Notes under the pieces: model-generated
The model's database searches: none
The model's input: only the letters and a program-made list of their open reading frames with translations
What the model was told of the DNA's origin: nothing
Position numbers and translations under genes: made by a program
Shown: positions 46,044 to 57,741 of the stretch, piece by piece
Layout: every line of letters starts with the position of its first letter
How positions within the stretch are numbered: position 1 is the stretch's first letter
Origin: Candidatus Nomurabacteria bacterium
GTDB lineage: Bacteria; Patescibacteriota; Minisyncoccia; Phycocordibacterales; SBAW01
Direction: 5' to 3'
Length of the DNA: 64,000 nucleotides
NCBI GenBank assembly: GCA_943356495.1
Contig: CALRFF010000001.1
Coordinates: 193,012-257,011 of the forward strand

Positions 46044-46907
46044 TTATTGTACCAAAAACGGTTCGAGCTCGCCATCAAGTACCGCCTCGGCATCGCGTAC
46101 TTCGACCCCGCTGCGGTGGTCTTTAACGAGTTTATACGGATGAAGGACATAGGAACGGATTTGGCTCCCCCACTCGATCTTGCCTGCCGCCACCGAAAGG
46201 TCGGAAATTTTTTCTTTACGCTCTTCCTCAAGCCGGCGCAGGAGTTTGGCGGTAAGTATTGCAAGCGCTTTTTCTTTGTTGGCGCCTTGGGTGCGCTCGC
46301 CGTCGACGTGGGCGCTGAGCCCTGTGGGTACATGCACAATGCGCACCGCGGTCTCGCGTTTGTTGACGTTTTGGCCGCCGGGGCCGCTGCTGCGCGCGAC
46401 CGTAATCTCTAACTCTTTTTCGTCGAGCTCTATGTGGGCAACTTTGTGGAGCACGGGCAGCACTTCCACCAACACAAACGAGGTTTGACGCTTTTGGTTG
46501 GCGTTAAAAGGAGAGATGCGGACAAGGCGGTGCACGCCGTACTCGTTTTTGAGCGTGCCGTATACGTTTTTGCCTTCAACTTCGACCGAGGCGTTGCGGT
46601 ACCCGCCGTGGTCGTTTTTATTTTCGTGCAGGACCTTCATGCCCCACCCTCGCTTTTCGGTAAACTTGCGATACATGGCAAGCAGCATCGCGGCAAAATC
46701 CTCGGCATCATCGCCACCGGCACCCGCAACAAGACCGAGCACCGCCCCGCCGCGTTCGTACGCGTCGCCGCCCTCCGCCTCATCTTTAAGCTGCCGCAGC
46801 TCTTTAACAATAGCCTGCGCGCTTTGCGGCTCGCTCCAAAAGTCCGGCCGTTGCATGGCCGCTTCTATCTCTGCAATACGCGCCTGCTTGTCTTGTGTGT
46901 CGGCCAT
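46044..46907 (-). CDS. prfB: Peptide chain release factor 2 (N-terminally short, no frameshift site evident)
   Basis: GGQ motif (SGPGGQNVN) and RF2-type SPF tripeptide (RISPFNANQ). ORF starts directly after the tRNA cluster. Confidence 0.8.
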   Translation of the reverse strand: MADTQDKQARIAEIEAAMQRPDFWSEPQSAQAIVKELRQLKDEAEGGDAYERGGAVLGLVAGAGGDDAEDFAAMLLAMYRKFTEKRGWGMKVLHENKNDHGGYRNASVEVEGKNVYGTLKNEYGVHRLVRISPFNANQKRQTSFVLVEVLPVLHKVAHIELDEKELEITVARSSGPGGQNVNKRETAVRIVHVPTGLSAHVDGERTQGANKEKALAILTAKLLRRLEEERKEKISDLSVAAGKIEWGSQIRSYVLHPYKLVKDHRSGVEVRDAEAVLDGELEPFLVQ

Positions 46908-46908
46908 A

Positions 46909-46984
46909 TGGAGCCAGAGGTCGGGATTGAACCGACGACCCCTTCATTACGAATGAAGTGCTCTACCAACTGAGCTACTCTGGC
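46909..46984 (-). tRNA. tRNA-Thr (anticodon CGT), CCA encoded
   Basis: Manual cloverleaf fold. Anticodon loop TTCGTAA, T-loop TTCAATC. Confidence 0.8.
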
Positions 46985-46985
46985 G

Positions 46986-47058
46986 AGCCGAAGGCCGGAA
47001 TCGAACCGGCGACCTACTCCTTACCATGGAGTTGCTCTACCATCTGAGCTACTTCGGC
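46986..47058 (-). tRNA. tRNA-Thr (anticodon GGT)
   Basis: Manual cloverleaf fold. Anticodon loop ATGGTAA, T-loop TTCGATT. Confidence 0.75.
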
Positions 47059-47159
47059 GATGTAAGGAACAGTAGCGCATGTGCGTCTAATTTTCAATGG
47101 ATTTTCATGTACAACCGACTTTATGGGTTCTTCATCTATGGCGCGGTAAGGTGGTTGGT

Positions 47160-48404
47160 ATGACTCAGCCGCACCGCGCACTTTTGGCAACTCTTAGTGT
47201 CAGCGCATGGTGTGCATTTGTGCTAGCGGCATTTTTACTCCCCCGCGGAGAAGGCGTCGGACATGCCGCATTGGTGCTGGCGCTCCTTGGCGCCGCGGCG
47301 GCGGCTTTGGCGTACACCTATGCGCACTGGACGCCGGCCGCAGTACCCGAGCGCGACGAAACACTGCACCCTGAGATCGACACGGTAATTACCGACGGAC
47401 ATGTAGTGCCCGAAAGTATCCTCGCGGGGAGTGCGCCCTTGATTGCTGTGGTGCGCGAGGGCGAGCTACTCCACCCCGCCTTTGTCGATTCTTTAGCGCC
47501 GTACTTTACTGAGCGCTCGCTGGGGTTTGTACAAGCCGCCACCCGGTACGACGGCGTGGGGCGTGTGGCAGACGCATTCCGTATACAGCAAACACTGCTG
47601 CAGAACTTTGAACACGCTAAAAACTCACTTAACGCGGTAATGCTGCGCGGCAGCGGCGCGCTTATTGCGCGCGAGGCGCTCGAGCAGGCATACCGCCCCG
47701 GTATAGGGTTTGCCGAGTTGGGCTTGCGCATGCAGGCACTGGGCTATACGTCGCACGCTGAAACGCGCGCGCTAACACTTGCGTGGGCGCCGGAAACACT
47801 CGAGGAGTACTGGCCGCACCTGCTGCGCAACGCCCGACGCTCTTATACACTGCTGTACCCCGCACTGCGCACCAAAGGACTTTCCTTTGCGACACGCCTG
47901 CAGTATGCGGCTATACCAAGCGCATATACCGCGGCGGTTGCCGGCACACTGGCGCTGGTACTAACGCCGCCGGCACTGGTGCTGCGCGGCGTCGGGCCGG
48001 TCATACTGTCGGGTGCCGCACTGCCCGCACTTCTGGTGTTTGTAAGCGTATGTTTGATTGCCGCGCGTATGGTGGAAAAAATTGCCGCCGTGCCCGCAGC
48101 GCCGGTTGTGAGCTTAGTGGTGTCGGGCACTGCTCTTGCCGGGTATCGTCTTGGCTTGCTGTTCGGAAAAAAAATAAAAGTACGGGCGACCCCGCTGTTG
48201 CAAGCGGGGGCGGCGCAGTATGCAAACGCGCGGCGTGTGCTGCTTTCGGCAGCAAAAAAGCCCCAGAGGGGGCAATTTTTGCTCGCTGCGCGAGAGACGG
48301 GACTTGAACCCGCAACCTCCGCCGTGACAGGGCGGCGCTCTAACCAGTTGAGCTACTCCCGCGTGTCGGCGGAAGGACTTGCACCTTCGACCTTGGGTTT
48401 ATGA
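47160..48404 (+). CDS. Hypothetical Ala/Leu-rich membrane protein (possible degenerate glycosyltransferase-like)
   Basis: Long ORF with TM segments at both ends. Its 3' end overlaps two antisense tRNAs, so it may be spurious. Confidence 0.3.
   Translation: MTQPHRALLATLSVSAWCAFVLAAFLLPRGEGVGHAALVLALLGAAAAALAYTYAHWTPAAVPERDETLHPEIDTVITDGHVVPESILAGSAPLIAVVREGELLHPAFVDSLAPYFTERSLGFVQAATRYDGVGRVADAFRIQQTLLQNFEHAKNSLNAVMLRGSGALIAREALEQAYRPGIGFAELGLRMQALGYTSHAETRALTLAWAPETLEEYWPHLLRNARRSYTLLYPALRTKGLSFATRLQYAAIPSAYTAAVAGTLALVLTPPALVLRGVGPVILSGAALPALLVFVSVCLIAARMVEKIAAVPAAPVVSLVVSGTALAGYRLGLLFGKKIKVRATPLLQAGAAQYANARRVLLSAAKKPQRGQFLLAARETGLEPATSAVTGRRSNQLSYSRVSAEGLAPSTLGL
48290..48363 (-). tRNA. tRNA-Asp (anticodon GTC)
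   Basis: Manual cloverleaf fold. Anticodon loop CTGTCAC, discriminator G. Confidence 0.8.
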
Positions 48405-48438
48405 GTCCCATGCTCTAACTACCTGAGCTACGCCGACG
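48365..48438 (-). tRNA. tRNA-Met (anticodon CAT, elongator-type)
   Basis: Anticodon loop CTCATAA. 7-bp acceptor stem. One A-A mismatch closes the anticodon stem. Confidence 0.7.
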
Positions 48439-48457
48439 GTACGCAAAAAGTACCACG

Positions 48458-49066
48458 TTAGGCCCTATTTTTCAATTTTAGATATACGTGCGCGTACGCA
48501 ATGAGTGAGACCGGTATGGTAACCAGAAGCCCCACTGCAAGCGCCAATGCGCCGAGCAGGTTAATGACACCGAGTACCAAAAAGAACCACAGCAACTTCC
48601 ACTTGTGTCCGTGGGTAAGACGGCTGCTTTTGCGCAAACTTTCGGTAATGTGTGCGCCTTCGAGCACCGCAAAACGCGCCATGCTAAAGCGCAGCGCAAG
48701 ATATATGCCGGGGATAATAAGAGCAATAATACCGACAAATACCAACAGTCCCGCAACTACCGACGTGCAGAAGTACAACCATACCGTTTGCGCCTTGGGA
48801 ACGAGGTCGTGGTAGTGCGCCGGTTGGCTGTGCGCGAGTTTGAGTGCGATATGCATAAAGCCCGCACCAAGGATAACCCCGGCAACCGCAAGCGCAAACG
48901 ACGCAAGCACACCGAGTACCGTGCCTGCAAGCACTTTGTCGACGATAGCCGACGTTACCTGCAGCGCAAACAGTGTAAGTAGTACTTGGAACAGGAGCGC
49001 GCTGTGGTCGCGTGTTTTGTGCCACCCAAACCGGAGCGCTTCATGTATAGAGAAAGCGTGTGTCAT
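48458..49066 (-). CDS. Polytopic membrane protein (hypothetical)
   Basis: About six TM helices. Confidence 0.45.
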   Translation of the reverse strand: MTHAFSIHEALRFGWHKTRDHSALLFQVLLTLFALQVTSAIVDKVLAGTVLGVLASFALAVAGVILGAGFMHIALKLAHSQPAHYHDLVPKAQTVWLYFCTSVVAGLLVFVGIIALIIPGIYLALRFSMARFAVLEGAHITESLRKSSRLTHGHKWKLLWFFLVLGVINLLGALALAVGLLVTIPVSLIAYAHVYLKLKNRA

Positions 49067-49106
49067 GCTTGTATAGTATCACTTTTTCTGCTATTATGGT
49101 GTCAAT

Positions 49107-49178
49107 AGCGGGGTGGAGCAGTAGTAGCTCGCAAGGCTCATAACCTTGAGGTCGCGGGTGCAATTCCCGCCCCCGCAA
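49107..49178 (+). tRNA. tRNA-fMet-like initiator tRNA (anticodon CAT)
   Basis: Strong resemblance to bacterial tRNAfMet (GCGGGGTGGAGCAG...TAGCTCG...GGCTCATAACC...CCCCCGCAA) with an unpaired 1:72 position. 3' end is ACA, not an encoded CCA. Confidence 0.75.
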
Positions 49179-49187
49179 CACGTATAA

Positions 49188-49784
49188 CTAGAGGAAATTA
49201 AACTCCTCAAAGACCCGTTTGTATTGGTCTATGGTTGTTTGCACGTCGCGCTCGTTAAGCACCAGTGCGTTGCCCTCGTGCGCTATTTTGTTGCGCATTT
49301 TGTGCGCCTCCCACGCCACGTCGAGCGTCCGCATCTGGAATGGGTTCGCCATGCGCAGCTGGTCGGCCACGGTCGGGCCTTCAAACCCTTTAGAGTTGAG
49401 CGCGTCGGCAAGCATGATATCGGCCTCAAGTATCGCGCGACGCCAGTCGCTTTCGTTGGCACTTGTTGCGAGCGCCACAATGTCGTCCCACCGGCTATGC
49501 GTGCGGGTCTCGCCCAGAGGCCCGTGCGCTTGTGCGTGGGCCTCATGCTCCTCTTCCTCCAGCGCATGAAAGCCCTCGTGCTCCACCTGCACCATGCGTA
49601 GCTGTGCATACACCACCAACACCAACAGGATAAGCGAGAGCACCATGCCGAGCACTACGACACTTTGCACCACCGCCATGACCCACGCGGGTATGGCATC
49701 GGCGGGGAACGAAAGCCCCGAGACAAACTCGTAGGTGCGCACTAAAAAATATTCGAGATTAAGAAAATGGACGCTCTCCTGCAT
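49188..49784 (-). CDS. Hypothetical membrane-anchored protein
   Basis: N-terminal TM helix, acidic His-rich linker, C-terminal helical domain. Confidence 0.45.
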   Translation of the reverse strand: MQESVHFLNLEYFLVRTYEFVSGLSFPADAIPAWVMAVVQSVVVLGMVLSLILLVLVVYAQLRMVQVEHEGFHALEEEEHEAHAQAHGPLGETRTHSRWDDIVALATSANESDWRRAILEADIMLADALNSKGFEGPTVADQLRMANPFQMRTLDVAWEAHKMRNKIAHEGNALVLNERDVQTTIDQYKRVFEEFNFL

Positions 49785-49788
49785 CCTC

Positions 49789-51189
49789 TTATTCTAACGC
49801 CTTTCCTATACTAAAGAGCGTCGCTTCGTCCCCATGCGCGGCGGTTAGCTGTATCCCGACAGGTAAATCGGCACCGTCTCTTGCAACCGTGCCCATGGGC
49901 ACGGAAACGGCAGGGTTGCCCGTAAGGTTTGCCGTAACGGTAAAAATGTCGGCCAAGTACGCCGAGAGCGGGTCGGACTTCTCCCCTATCTTCCATGCAG
50001 GGAACGGAGCGGTGGGTGTAGCGATTGCGGACACTTCTGCAAGTGCAGCGGAAAATTCTTTACGCAATACTTCGCGCGCCGCGGTCGCTTTGCCGAAGTA
50101 TGCGTCGTAGTAACCGGCCGAAAGTACATAGGTGCCGAGCATAATGCGGCGGCGCACCTCGGGGCCAAAGCCTTCGCCGCGGCTTGTCGCATAATCATCA
50201 AGCAGTGTTTCTCCTTTAATAGAGAGTCCGTACCGGACACCGTCAAAACGCGCGAGGTTGGTCGAACTTTCGGCCGGCATAATAATGTAGTACACCGCGA
50301 GCGCCAAACCGGCCGACGGCAGGCTGATGTCTACAATCTCGTATCCTTGCATTTGTAGTTTTTTTAACGCTTGGTCAAACTGTGCTAATACCTCCGGCTC
50401 TATCCCCTGCGCAAGTAAAGCGCGTGGTACTCCTATTTTTTTATTATCCGCTTTAGCCGCCGGCAATTGAACAGTGGTGCTGTCGAGCGGATCGACGCCG
50501 CATATGGCGTTAAACAATAATTCCGCATCGGCGACCGTTTTAGTAAGCGGACCTATTTGGTCAAGCGAGGAACCCATAGCCATAAGACCGGAGCGGCTTA
50601 CTGCACCGTACGTCGGTTTAAAGCCGACCACTCCGCAAAATGCCGCCGGCTCGCGCACCGAGCCGCCCGTATCGCTACCTAGCGCACCGAGCGCCATATG
50701 CGCCGCAACTACCGCAGCCGAGCCGCCGGAAGAGCCGCCGGTTACGCGGGACTCGTCATGCGGATTTTTAGCGGGACCGAAGGCGGAGTTTTCGTTGCTG
50801 CCGCCCATGGCAAACTCGTCCATGTTGGTGCGGCCCAAAAAGACAACCCCTGCTTCTTTTAATTTCTTTATTGCGGTCGCGTCGTACGTTGCTACATAGT
50901 GCTCCAACATTTTACTTGCCGCACTCGCTGTTCTTCCCTCGATTAAAATATTGTCTTTAACGGCAAGCGGGATACCGAGCAAGGGATGGCTTTCCCCCGC
51001 GGCACGACGCGAGTCTGCCGCTTTTGCCTGCTCGCGCGCGTCGGCAAACACTTCCAAGTACGCGTTAAGCGAGCCGTTTCTTTTTTCTATCTCCGCCAAA
51101 CACGCCTCGGTTAGCTGCAGCGAGGTTACTTCGCCCGCGGCGAGCTTTTTTGAAGCTTCTGTAATTGAAAGCTCGTTGAGATTACTCAT
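49789..51189 (-). CDS. gatA: Glutamyl-tRNA(Gln)/Asp-tRNA(Asn) amidotransferase subunit A
   Basis: Amidase signature (GGSSGGSAAAV) and catalytic Ser-cisSer-Lys context. Confidence 0.9.
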   Translation of the reverse strand: MSNLNELSITEASKKLAAGEVTSLQLTEACLAEIEKRNGSLNAYLEVFADAREQAKAADSRRAAGESHPLLGIPLAVKDNILIEGRTASAASKMLEHYVATYDATAIKKLKEAGVVFLGRTNMDEFAMGGSNENSAFGPAKNPHDESRVTGGSSGGSAAVVAAHMALGALGSDTGGSVREPAAFCGVVGFKPTYGAVSRSGLMAMGSSLDQIGPLTKTVADAELLFNAICGVDPLDSTTVQLPAAKADNKKIGVPRALLAQGIEPEVLAQFDQALKKLQMQGYEIVDISLPSAGLALAVYYIIMPAESSTNLARFDGVRYGLSIKGETLLDDYATSRGEGFGPEVRRRIMLGTYVLSAGYYDAYFGKATAAREVLRKEFSAALAEVSAIATPTAPFPAWKIGEKSDPLSAYLADIFTVTANLTGNPAVSVPMGTVARDGADLPVGIQLTAAHGDEATLFSIGKALE

Positions 51190-51487
51190 CTTTTTGGATT
51201 ATTTTGCGCACGACGTTAAAGTCGCCCTCGCGTGTAGGGAACGCGGCGCGCACCACCTCTTCTTTGCCCGAAAGCGTGTCGCCCGCGGCGCGCGGCGTGT
51301 CGTCGCGCATAACGTTGCGCTGTAGCGGCTTCTCATCGGTTGCAGCAGCGGAAAAAGCAGATACCTGCCCCACATAGTCGAGTATGTTTGAGATATCTTT
51401 TTGCAGGCTCTCTACCTCTCCTGCGCTGAGTTTAAGCCGTGCAAGCGCGGCCAAATTCTGTACCTCGTCTTTCGAAATCATTGCCAT
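51182..51487 (-). CDS. gatC: Amidotransferase subunit C
   Basis: About 100 aa. GatC-like N-terminus (ISKDEVQNLAALARLKLS). Confidence 0.75.
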   Translation of the reverse strand: MAMISKDEVQNLAALARLKLSAGEVESLQKDISNILDYVGQVSAFSAAATDEKPLQRNVMRDDTPRAAGDTLSGKEEVVRAAFPTREGDFNVVRKIIQKDE

Positions 51488-51495
51488 ATACTACC

Positions 51496-53526
<2,031 letters not shown>

Positions 53527-53557
53527 TTACAGTCGGGGAGCCGACCAAAGCGTCGGC

Positions 53558-54052
53558 TTAGTAGGATACCTGCAACGCGCGCTCAACGCGCGTAACGCCG
53601 CCCGCCGCGCAGGTGTTGTACCCGTGCGAAATAATAGTGGTACGCGCAGGGGTGCCTGTTTTTGCAATAGTGACTATCGCACAGTACGGCTGCGGGGAAA
53701 AGTTGATAGTGATAGTGGTGGTGGCGTCGTAGTCGGCCTGCGTTACGCTCCATGGAGCAGCCACGATGTCTTGCCCGTTGCACAACAAGCCTGCACCGGC
53801 GACCGGCACGGTCGACTCGGTCGAGGTGGCAAACGCGCTACCCGCGTTGCACCCGCTAGCTTCGCACTGTGTGTCCCAATACAGCGCGCACTCCGCGCCG
53901 GTGTCGGCGGCGTAAATAGCGTACTGTGACTGGTTGGCGGTTGCCGACAGGTTAAGCTCGCGCACCGTAAGGTCGTAGATAGAAAGTCCTATCGCCAACG
54001 CGAGGCTGGTAATAAGTGTTGCAAAAAATATGGTGAAGCCGTTTTTTTTCAT
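53558..54052 (-). CDS. Pilin-like protein with degenerate prepilin N-terminus
   Basis: N-terminal KKNGFTIFFATLITSLALAIG hydrophobic segment and Cys pairs. Lacks the canonical Glu5. Confidence 0.45.
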   Translation of the reverse strand: MKKNGFTIFFATLITSLALAIGLSIYDLTVRELNLSATANQSQYAIYAADTGAECALYWDTQCEASGCNAGSAFATSTESTVPVAGAGLLCNGQDIVAAPWSVTQADYDATTTITINFSPQPYCAIVTIAKTGTPARTTIISHGYNTCAAGGVTRVERALQVSY

Positions 54053-54055
54053 ACG

Positions 54056-54625
54056 TTATTGCCAATTAAACAAGTTTTCGCGGACGGTAATGTTGTGTAT
54101 AACGCCTGGCAAGTCGCTCCATGTCACCTTTACCACCAACGAAGCCTCGGATGTGTTGGCGCCCACCGGAGTCGTAATAGTAACCGTGCGGGTGTACAAG
54201 GAGGGTGTGTTCGGGTCGCTGCTGTTGTAGGTAAAGTATTGGTTTGACGGGTCAAAGTACATCACCGGGCACGCGCCACTGCAGGCCGTGGGCGCGGACG
54301 GGTTGTTGGCGAGCGAGTCAAAGTAGCAGGATGCCGAGCCGTCGGCTGATACACACGGGGTAAGCACGGTCGAAAGGCTTGCGCCCGAGCTGTTGAGCCA
54401 ATCGAGGCCTTTAAGCCTATTTGAGTCGCGCGCAAAGCGCACATACTCGACCGCATCCTGCGCCAAGTAATACGCGGTGGTCTGGTCTTTGGCTATCAGT
54501 GCGGTCGTAAGCCCCTTGCTCGCAATAGTTAACGGCCCCGCAATAGCGGTCGCCAAGATAAGCACCGCCACCAAAGTTTCGATAAGCGTAAAGCCGCGCA
54601 CTATGTGTTTGAGTTTATTGATCAT
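54056..54625 (-). CDS. Type IV pilus minor pilin / pseudopilin
   Basis: Prepilin cleavage/methylation motif RGFTLIETLVAVLIL. Confidence 0.65.
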   Translation of the reverse strand: MINKLKHIVRGFTLIETLVAVLILATAIAGPLTIASKGLTTALIAKDQTTAYYLAQDAVEYVRFARDSNRLKGLDWLNSSGASLSTVLTPCVSADGSASCYFDSLANNPSAPTACSGACPVMYFDPSNQYFTYNSSDPNTPSLYTRTVTITTPVGANTSEASLVVKVTWSDLPGVIHNITVRENLFNWQ

Positions 54626-55199
54626 AGAGACGTTGGGTGACGCTGGTTTCGAGATTAAAGTTTGTTCTGCGCGTACCGGTAACCTGCACATAGCCGCTCA
54701 TCAGTACGGTGAGCTTTGGCTGGAAGGTGTCGGAAGGAGTAAGCCCTGATCCTAAAAGATAAAAGGAAAGGTTGGTGATAACCACCTCGGGGGCGGTTAC
54801 CGCCGCCCATGCGCCACCGTTTATCGAACGCGCCAGACAACCTATCGCCACGCTTTGTCCGCAGACCGTGCCGGCGGACGGGTCGGTGGAGGTATTTTCA
54901 AGACGATACGCGATGGTCGAGCCGTCGGCTGCTGAAAAAGAAAAAGAGGAAGCTCCCGGCGGCGTAGTGCAATCCCCGCCGCCGGCGCATCCGCTGCTAT
55001 ACCCATAGCCGGTGCGCACCGCGCGCGAGATTGAGTCGATAGAGAAGTTGAGGTTGTTGATGACCGACTTAAGCGTCTGCGCCTTGCGATCGCTTTCCGA
55101 CATCGCAAGCAGGGCGCCGAGCGCGATAACCATCACCACGGTAAAAATTGCCGTAGAGACCAGCATTTCGATAAGGGTAAATCCTGTAGGTCGGGTCAT
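54615..55199 (-). CDS. Type IV pilus minor pilin / pseudopilin
   Basis: TGFTLIEMLVSTAIFTVV prepilin N-terminus. Confidence 0.65.
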   Translation of the reverse strand: MTRPTGFTLIEMLVSTAIFTVVMVIALGALLAMSESDRKAQTLKSVINNLNFSIDSISRAVRTGYGYSSGCAGGGDCTTPPGASSFSFSAADGSTIAYRLENTSTDPSAGTVCGQSVAIGCLARSINGGAWAAVTAPEVVITNLSFYLLGSGLTPSDTFQPKLTVLMSGYVQVTGTRRTNFNLETSVTQRLYDQ

Positions 55200-55204
55200 A
55201 CGTA

Positions 55205-55882
55205 TTACGTGCCGGAAACGCCCACGGCTATCTGCCCCGTCGGCGAGACGGTGATGCTGTGTGTGTTGGTGGGGTCATTGATGGCGGAGACTTGAATGTA
55301 GGCGTTGTTGTAGGTGCCGCCGGCACTCGAGACAAACAGTGCATCGGGGTTGGGGCGTTTAAAATACACGGACAGCCACGTGAGCGTACCGCCGCCCGCG
55401 TTGAGCCAGCACTGCTGAGCGCCGGTTGTGGGGGTGGCGCAAAATTTGCTTATTCTGAACCCCGCCCCTATCTGATACGTTTGCACAATGGTGTCGCTGC
55501 CCGCCGCATATGAGCCGTCGCCGTTATTGTCGGCAAACAGCAGATAACTCGTGGCGTTGTTAAAGTACACGCCGTAGGCGGGCGCGTAGCACGCGCCCGC
55601 GCTATAGAATCCGGAGCAGTTACTTTGTGCGGTAACGTTGGCGCGCACGGAAATGCCGTACACCTGCGCCGAGCGGACCGTAAGCGCTATCGAGTAGGAC
55701 AAGCTGCGCAGCAGCGTCGAGGAGTCGAAGCGCGCCTGGCGGATTAAGATAGTGGCGGTAATGACCACAATGATAGCGACCACCACTACCAGCTCGACAA
55801 GCGTAAACCCCCGCCTGCCGGTAGGTAGGCTCTTACAGAGCTTAGAGGAAAAGTATCGGGAGAGTAGAGAAAAAATCCGCAT
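55205..55882 (-). CDS. Type IV pilus minor pilin / pseudopilin
   Basis: RGFTLVELVVVVAIIVV prepilin motif. Start uncertain, as the ORF extends to 55939 and overlaps pilD. Confidence 0.55.
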   Translation of the reverse strand: MRIFSLLSRYFSSKLCKSLPTGRRGFTLVELVVVVAIIVVITATILIRQARFDSSTLLRSLSYSIALTVRSAQVYGISVRANVTAQSNCSGFYSAGACYAPAYGVYFNNATSYLLFADNNGDGSYAAGSDTIVQTYQIGAGFRISKFCATPTTGAQQCWLNAGGGTLTWLSVYFKRPNPDALFVSSAGGTYNNAYIQVSAINDPTNTHSITVSPTGQIAVGVSGT

Positions 55883-56585
55883 GAAAGAAGTACGCAACCC
55901 CCGCGCCCAGTACAAGAAAAGGGGCAAAGGGCAACTCACTCTTCATTGTATATCCCTTCTTAAGTATGAGGACCGCAATGCCCACAGCGGCACCTACCCA
56001 AAACGCGAGTATAAAGCCCGTAAGCCCCATGGTAAGTCCTAACAACCAACCAAGCCCCAGCTCTAAAGCACCGTCTCCCCACCCCATCCAAGTACCGCGG
56101 GACACCAACGAGAGTAGCAGCAAGGGAGCAGCTAGTAGAGGTCCCGCGGCAAAACTCCAAGCATCAAATCCCAAAGTCCAAACATGTACCAAACCCAAGA
56201 GCGCAAGCAAGCCCGAGCAGCTCCACGGGATAATGTAGTGGCGCAGGTCGTATACCACGACAAACAACAGCAACATCCACACCACAAACCAATACGCAAA
56301 CAACAGCGGTTCGGGGTTACGGTAATAGATACCCACCGCAAGCACGGTAGCCGCGACCTCTACCAGCGGATACTGCCAGGAAACCTTGGAGGCACAGTAG
56401 CGGCAACGGCCGCGCAAAAACAAGTAGGAAAAGACGGGCACTAGATCGAGTACGCCGAGGGTATGCCCGCACCGCATACACCGGGAGCGGCCGCGCAGAA
56501 CCGATTTGCCGGTACCCAAGCGGAATGAAAGCGCGTTTAAAAAACTCCCCCCTATCGCGCCCAGCAGTGCGGCAGCGACGAGCAT
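55842..56585 (-). CDS. pilD: Prepilin peptidase (A24 family)
   Basis: N-terminal CxxC...CxxC zinc motif and polytopic A24 peptidase domain. Confidence 0.85.
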   Translation of the reverse strand: MLVAAALLGAIGGSFLNALSFRLGTGKSVLRGRSRCMRCGHTLGVLDLVPVFSYLFLRGRCRYCASKVSWQYPLVEVAATVLAVGIYYRNPEPLLFAYWFVVWMLLLFVVVYDLRHYIIPWSCSGLLALLGLVHVWTLGFDAWSFAAGPLLAAPLLLLSLVSRGTWMGWGDGALELGLGWLLGLTMGLTGFILAFWVGAAVGIAVLILKKGYTMKSELPFAPFLVLGAGVAYFFHADFFSTLPILFL

Positions 56586-57214
56586 TAGTTAGTGACGTCG
56601 TAACACGTTTCTGTCCCGCTTGGCTGAGCACTGCCGGGGTTGTTGCGACACTGGGCGGGTGATACGGCGGTATCCAAGCCGGAGAAGTCGCCGGCACCGG
56701 CGCCGGTACACGCTATAAAGCCGGCCATCACGCCGCTACCCGCAAGCGGCGCGTCGACGTCTTGGGTCAGTGCGGTATTGGCGGTCTGTTGGAATCCCAC
56801 CCCTAAGTGGTACTTAACTGAAGGGTTACTGGTAGTGCACGCAGCGCTCGCGCCATATGCATATGCTTGGTAGGTGTAGCAGCCGGCGGTGGTGGGTGTC
56901 GTGGCGCACGTTTGCGGCGTCGTGTTGCCTGAAGGGTCGGTGGATACCACCGAGATGTAGCTCGGGGCAAGGCCGTTGTTCGGCGCCGTGCCGGACGTAG
57001 CGTATATATTTTTCGGATACATTAGGTTGTCGTTGTAGTAGAGCTCGAGCGATACTTGGATGCTTTTAATATCCGCGATGCGCCGAGCATCGTTGCCCTT
57101 GGCGCGGGAAGAGGAAAGACTGCCGGTAATAATAGTGGCCAAAATGCCGATAATGGCGATAACGACCATCAGCTCTATAAGGGTAAATCCCCGCTTGAGT
57201 GAAGATACACGCAT
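56585..57214 (-). CDS. Type IV pilin, PilA paralog 3
   Basis: [20 protein letters not shown] class III signal. C-terminal Cys pairs. Confidence 0.7.
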   Translation of the reverse strand: MRVSSLKRGFTLIELMVVIAIIGILATIITGSLSSSRAKGNDARRIADIKSIQVSLELYYNDNLMYPKNIYATSGTAPNNGLAPSYISVVSTDPSGNTTPQTCATTPTTAGCYTYQAYAYGASAACTTSNPSVKYHLGVGFQQTANTALTQDVDAPLAGSGVMAGFIACTGAGAGDFSGLDTAVSPAQCRNNPGSAQPSGTETCYDVTN

Positions 57215-57228
57215 AGAAACAGTATACC

Positions 57229-57672
57229 TTACGGACACGCGACGGTGGTGTTGGCGCTTGCGACGCTGTTGGTTTTACCGGTCGAGTCCATGCAGAAGTA
57301 TTTGGTAGCGTCGCTCGGCAACCTGCCGTAGAGCGCGTAGGCGGTAAAACTGTTGCTAGCGACCGTGGCTTTGACGTTTACGGCCCCGCCGTTGTTGGTG
57401 ATGTCGTCGGAAAGCGTCTTGCAGTTGTTGCCTGACAGCGCATTTAGAGTGTCCGTAGCGGTAATGCAGGAGTTTGCCCCCGCAATATACGCCCCGCTTA
57501 TAGCGACCTCGCTTTCTATCTGGATACGGATTTGCCGCACATCGCTGGCAACACGCGTGTCTTTACCCTTGTTGCGGGCGCTACTTAAAGACACGAGGAC
57601 AATCGAGGCTAAAATACCGATAATGGCGATAACGACCAATAGTTCTATAAGGGTAAAGCCCCTTGCGTGCAT
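57229..57672 (-). CDS. pilA: Type IV pilin, PilA paralog 2
   Basis: [37 protein letters not shown]-terminus, nearly identical to paralog 1. Confidence 0.7.
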   Translation of the reverse strand: MHARGFTLIELLVVIAIIGILASIVLVSLSSARNKGKDTRVASDVRQIRIQIESEVAISGAYIAGANSCITATDTLNALSGNNCKTLSDDITNNGGAVNVKATVASNSFTAYALYGRLPSDATKYFCMDSTGKTNSVASANTTVACP

Positions 57673-57741
57673 ACCCATACAGTATATATACAAAATCCCC
57701 GGCTGTAGGCCGGGGATTTTGTTTGAAAGCTACAGAGAAGA

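Noticed and set aside
46908-47000. Possible programmed +1 frameshift leader for prfB
   Set aside because: The sequence immediately upstream of the prfB ATG is occupied by tRNA-Thr genes on the same strand. No room or obvious CUU-UGA-C shift site was seen, so this is reported as frameshift-less RF2.
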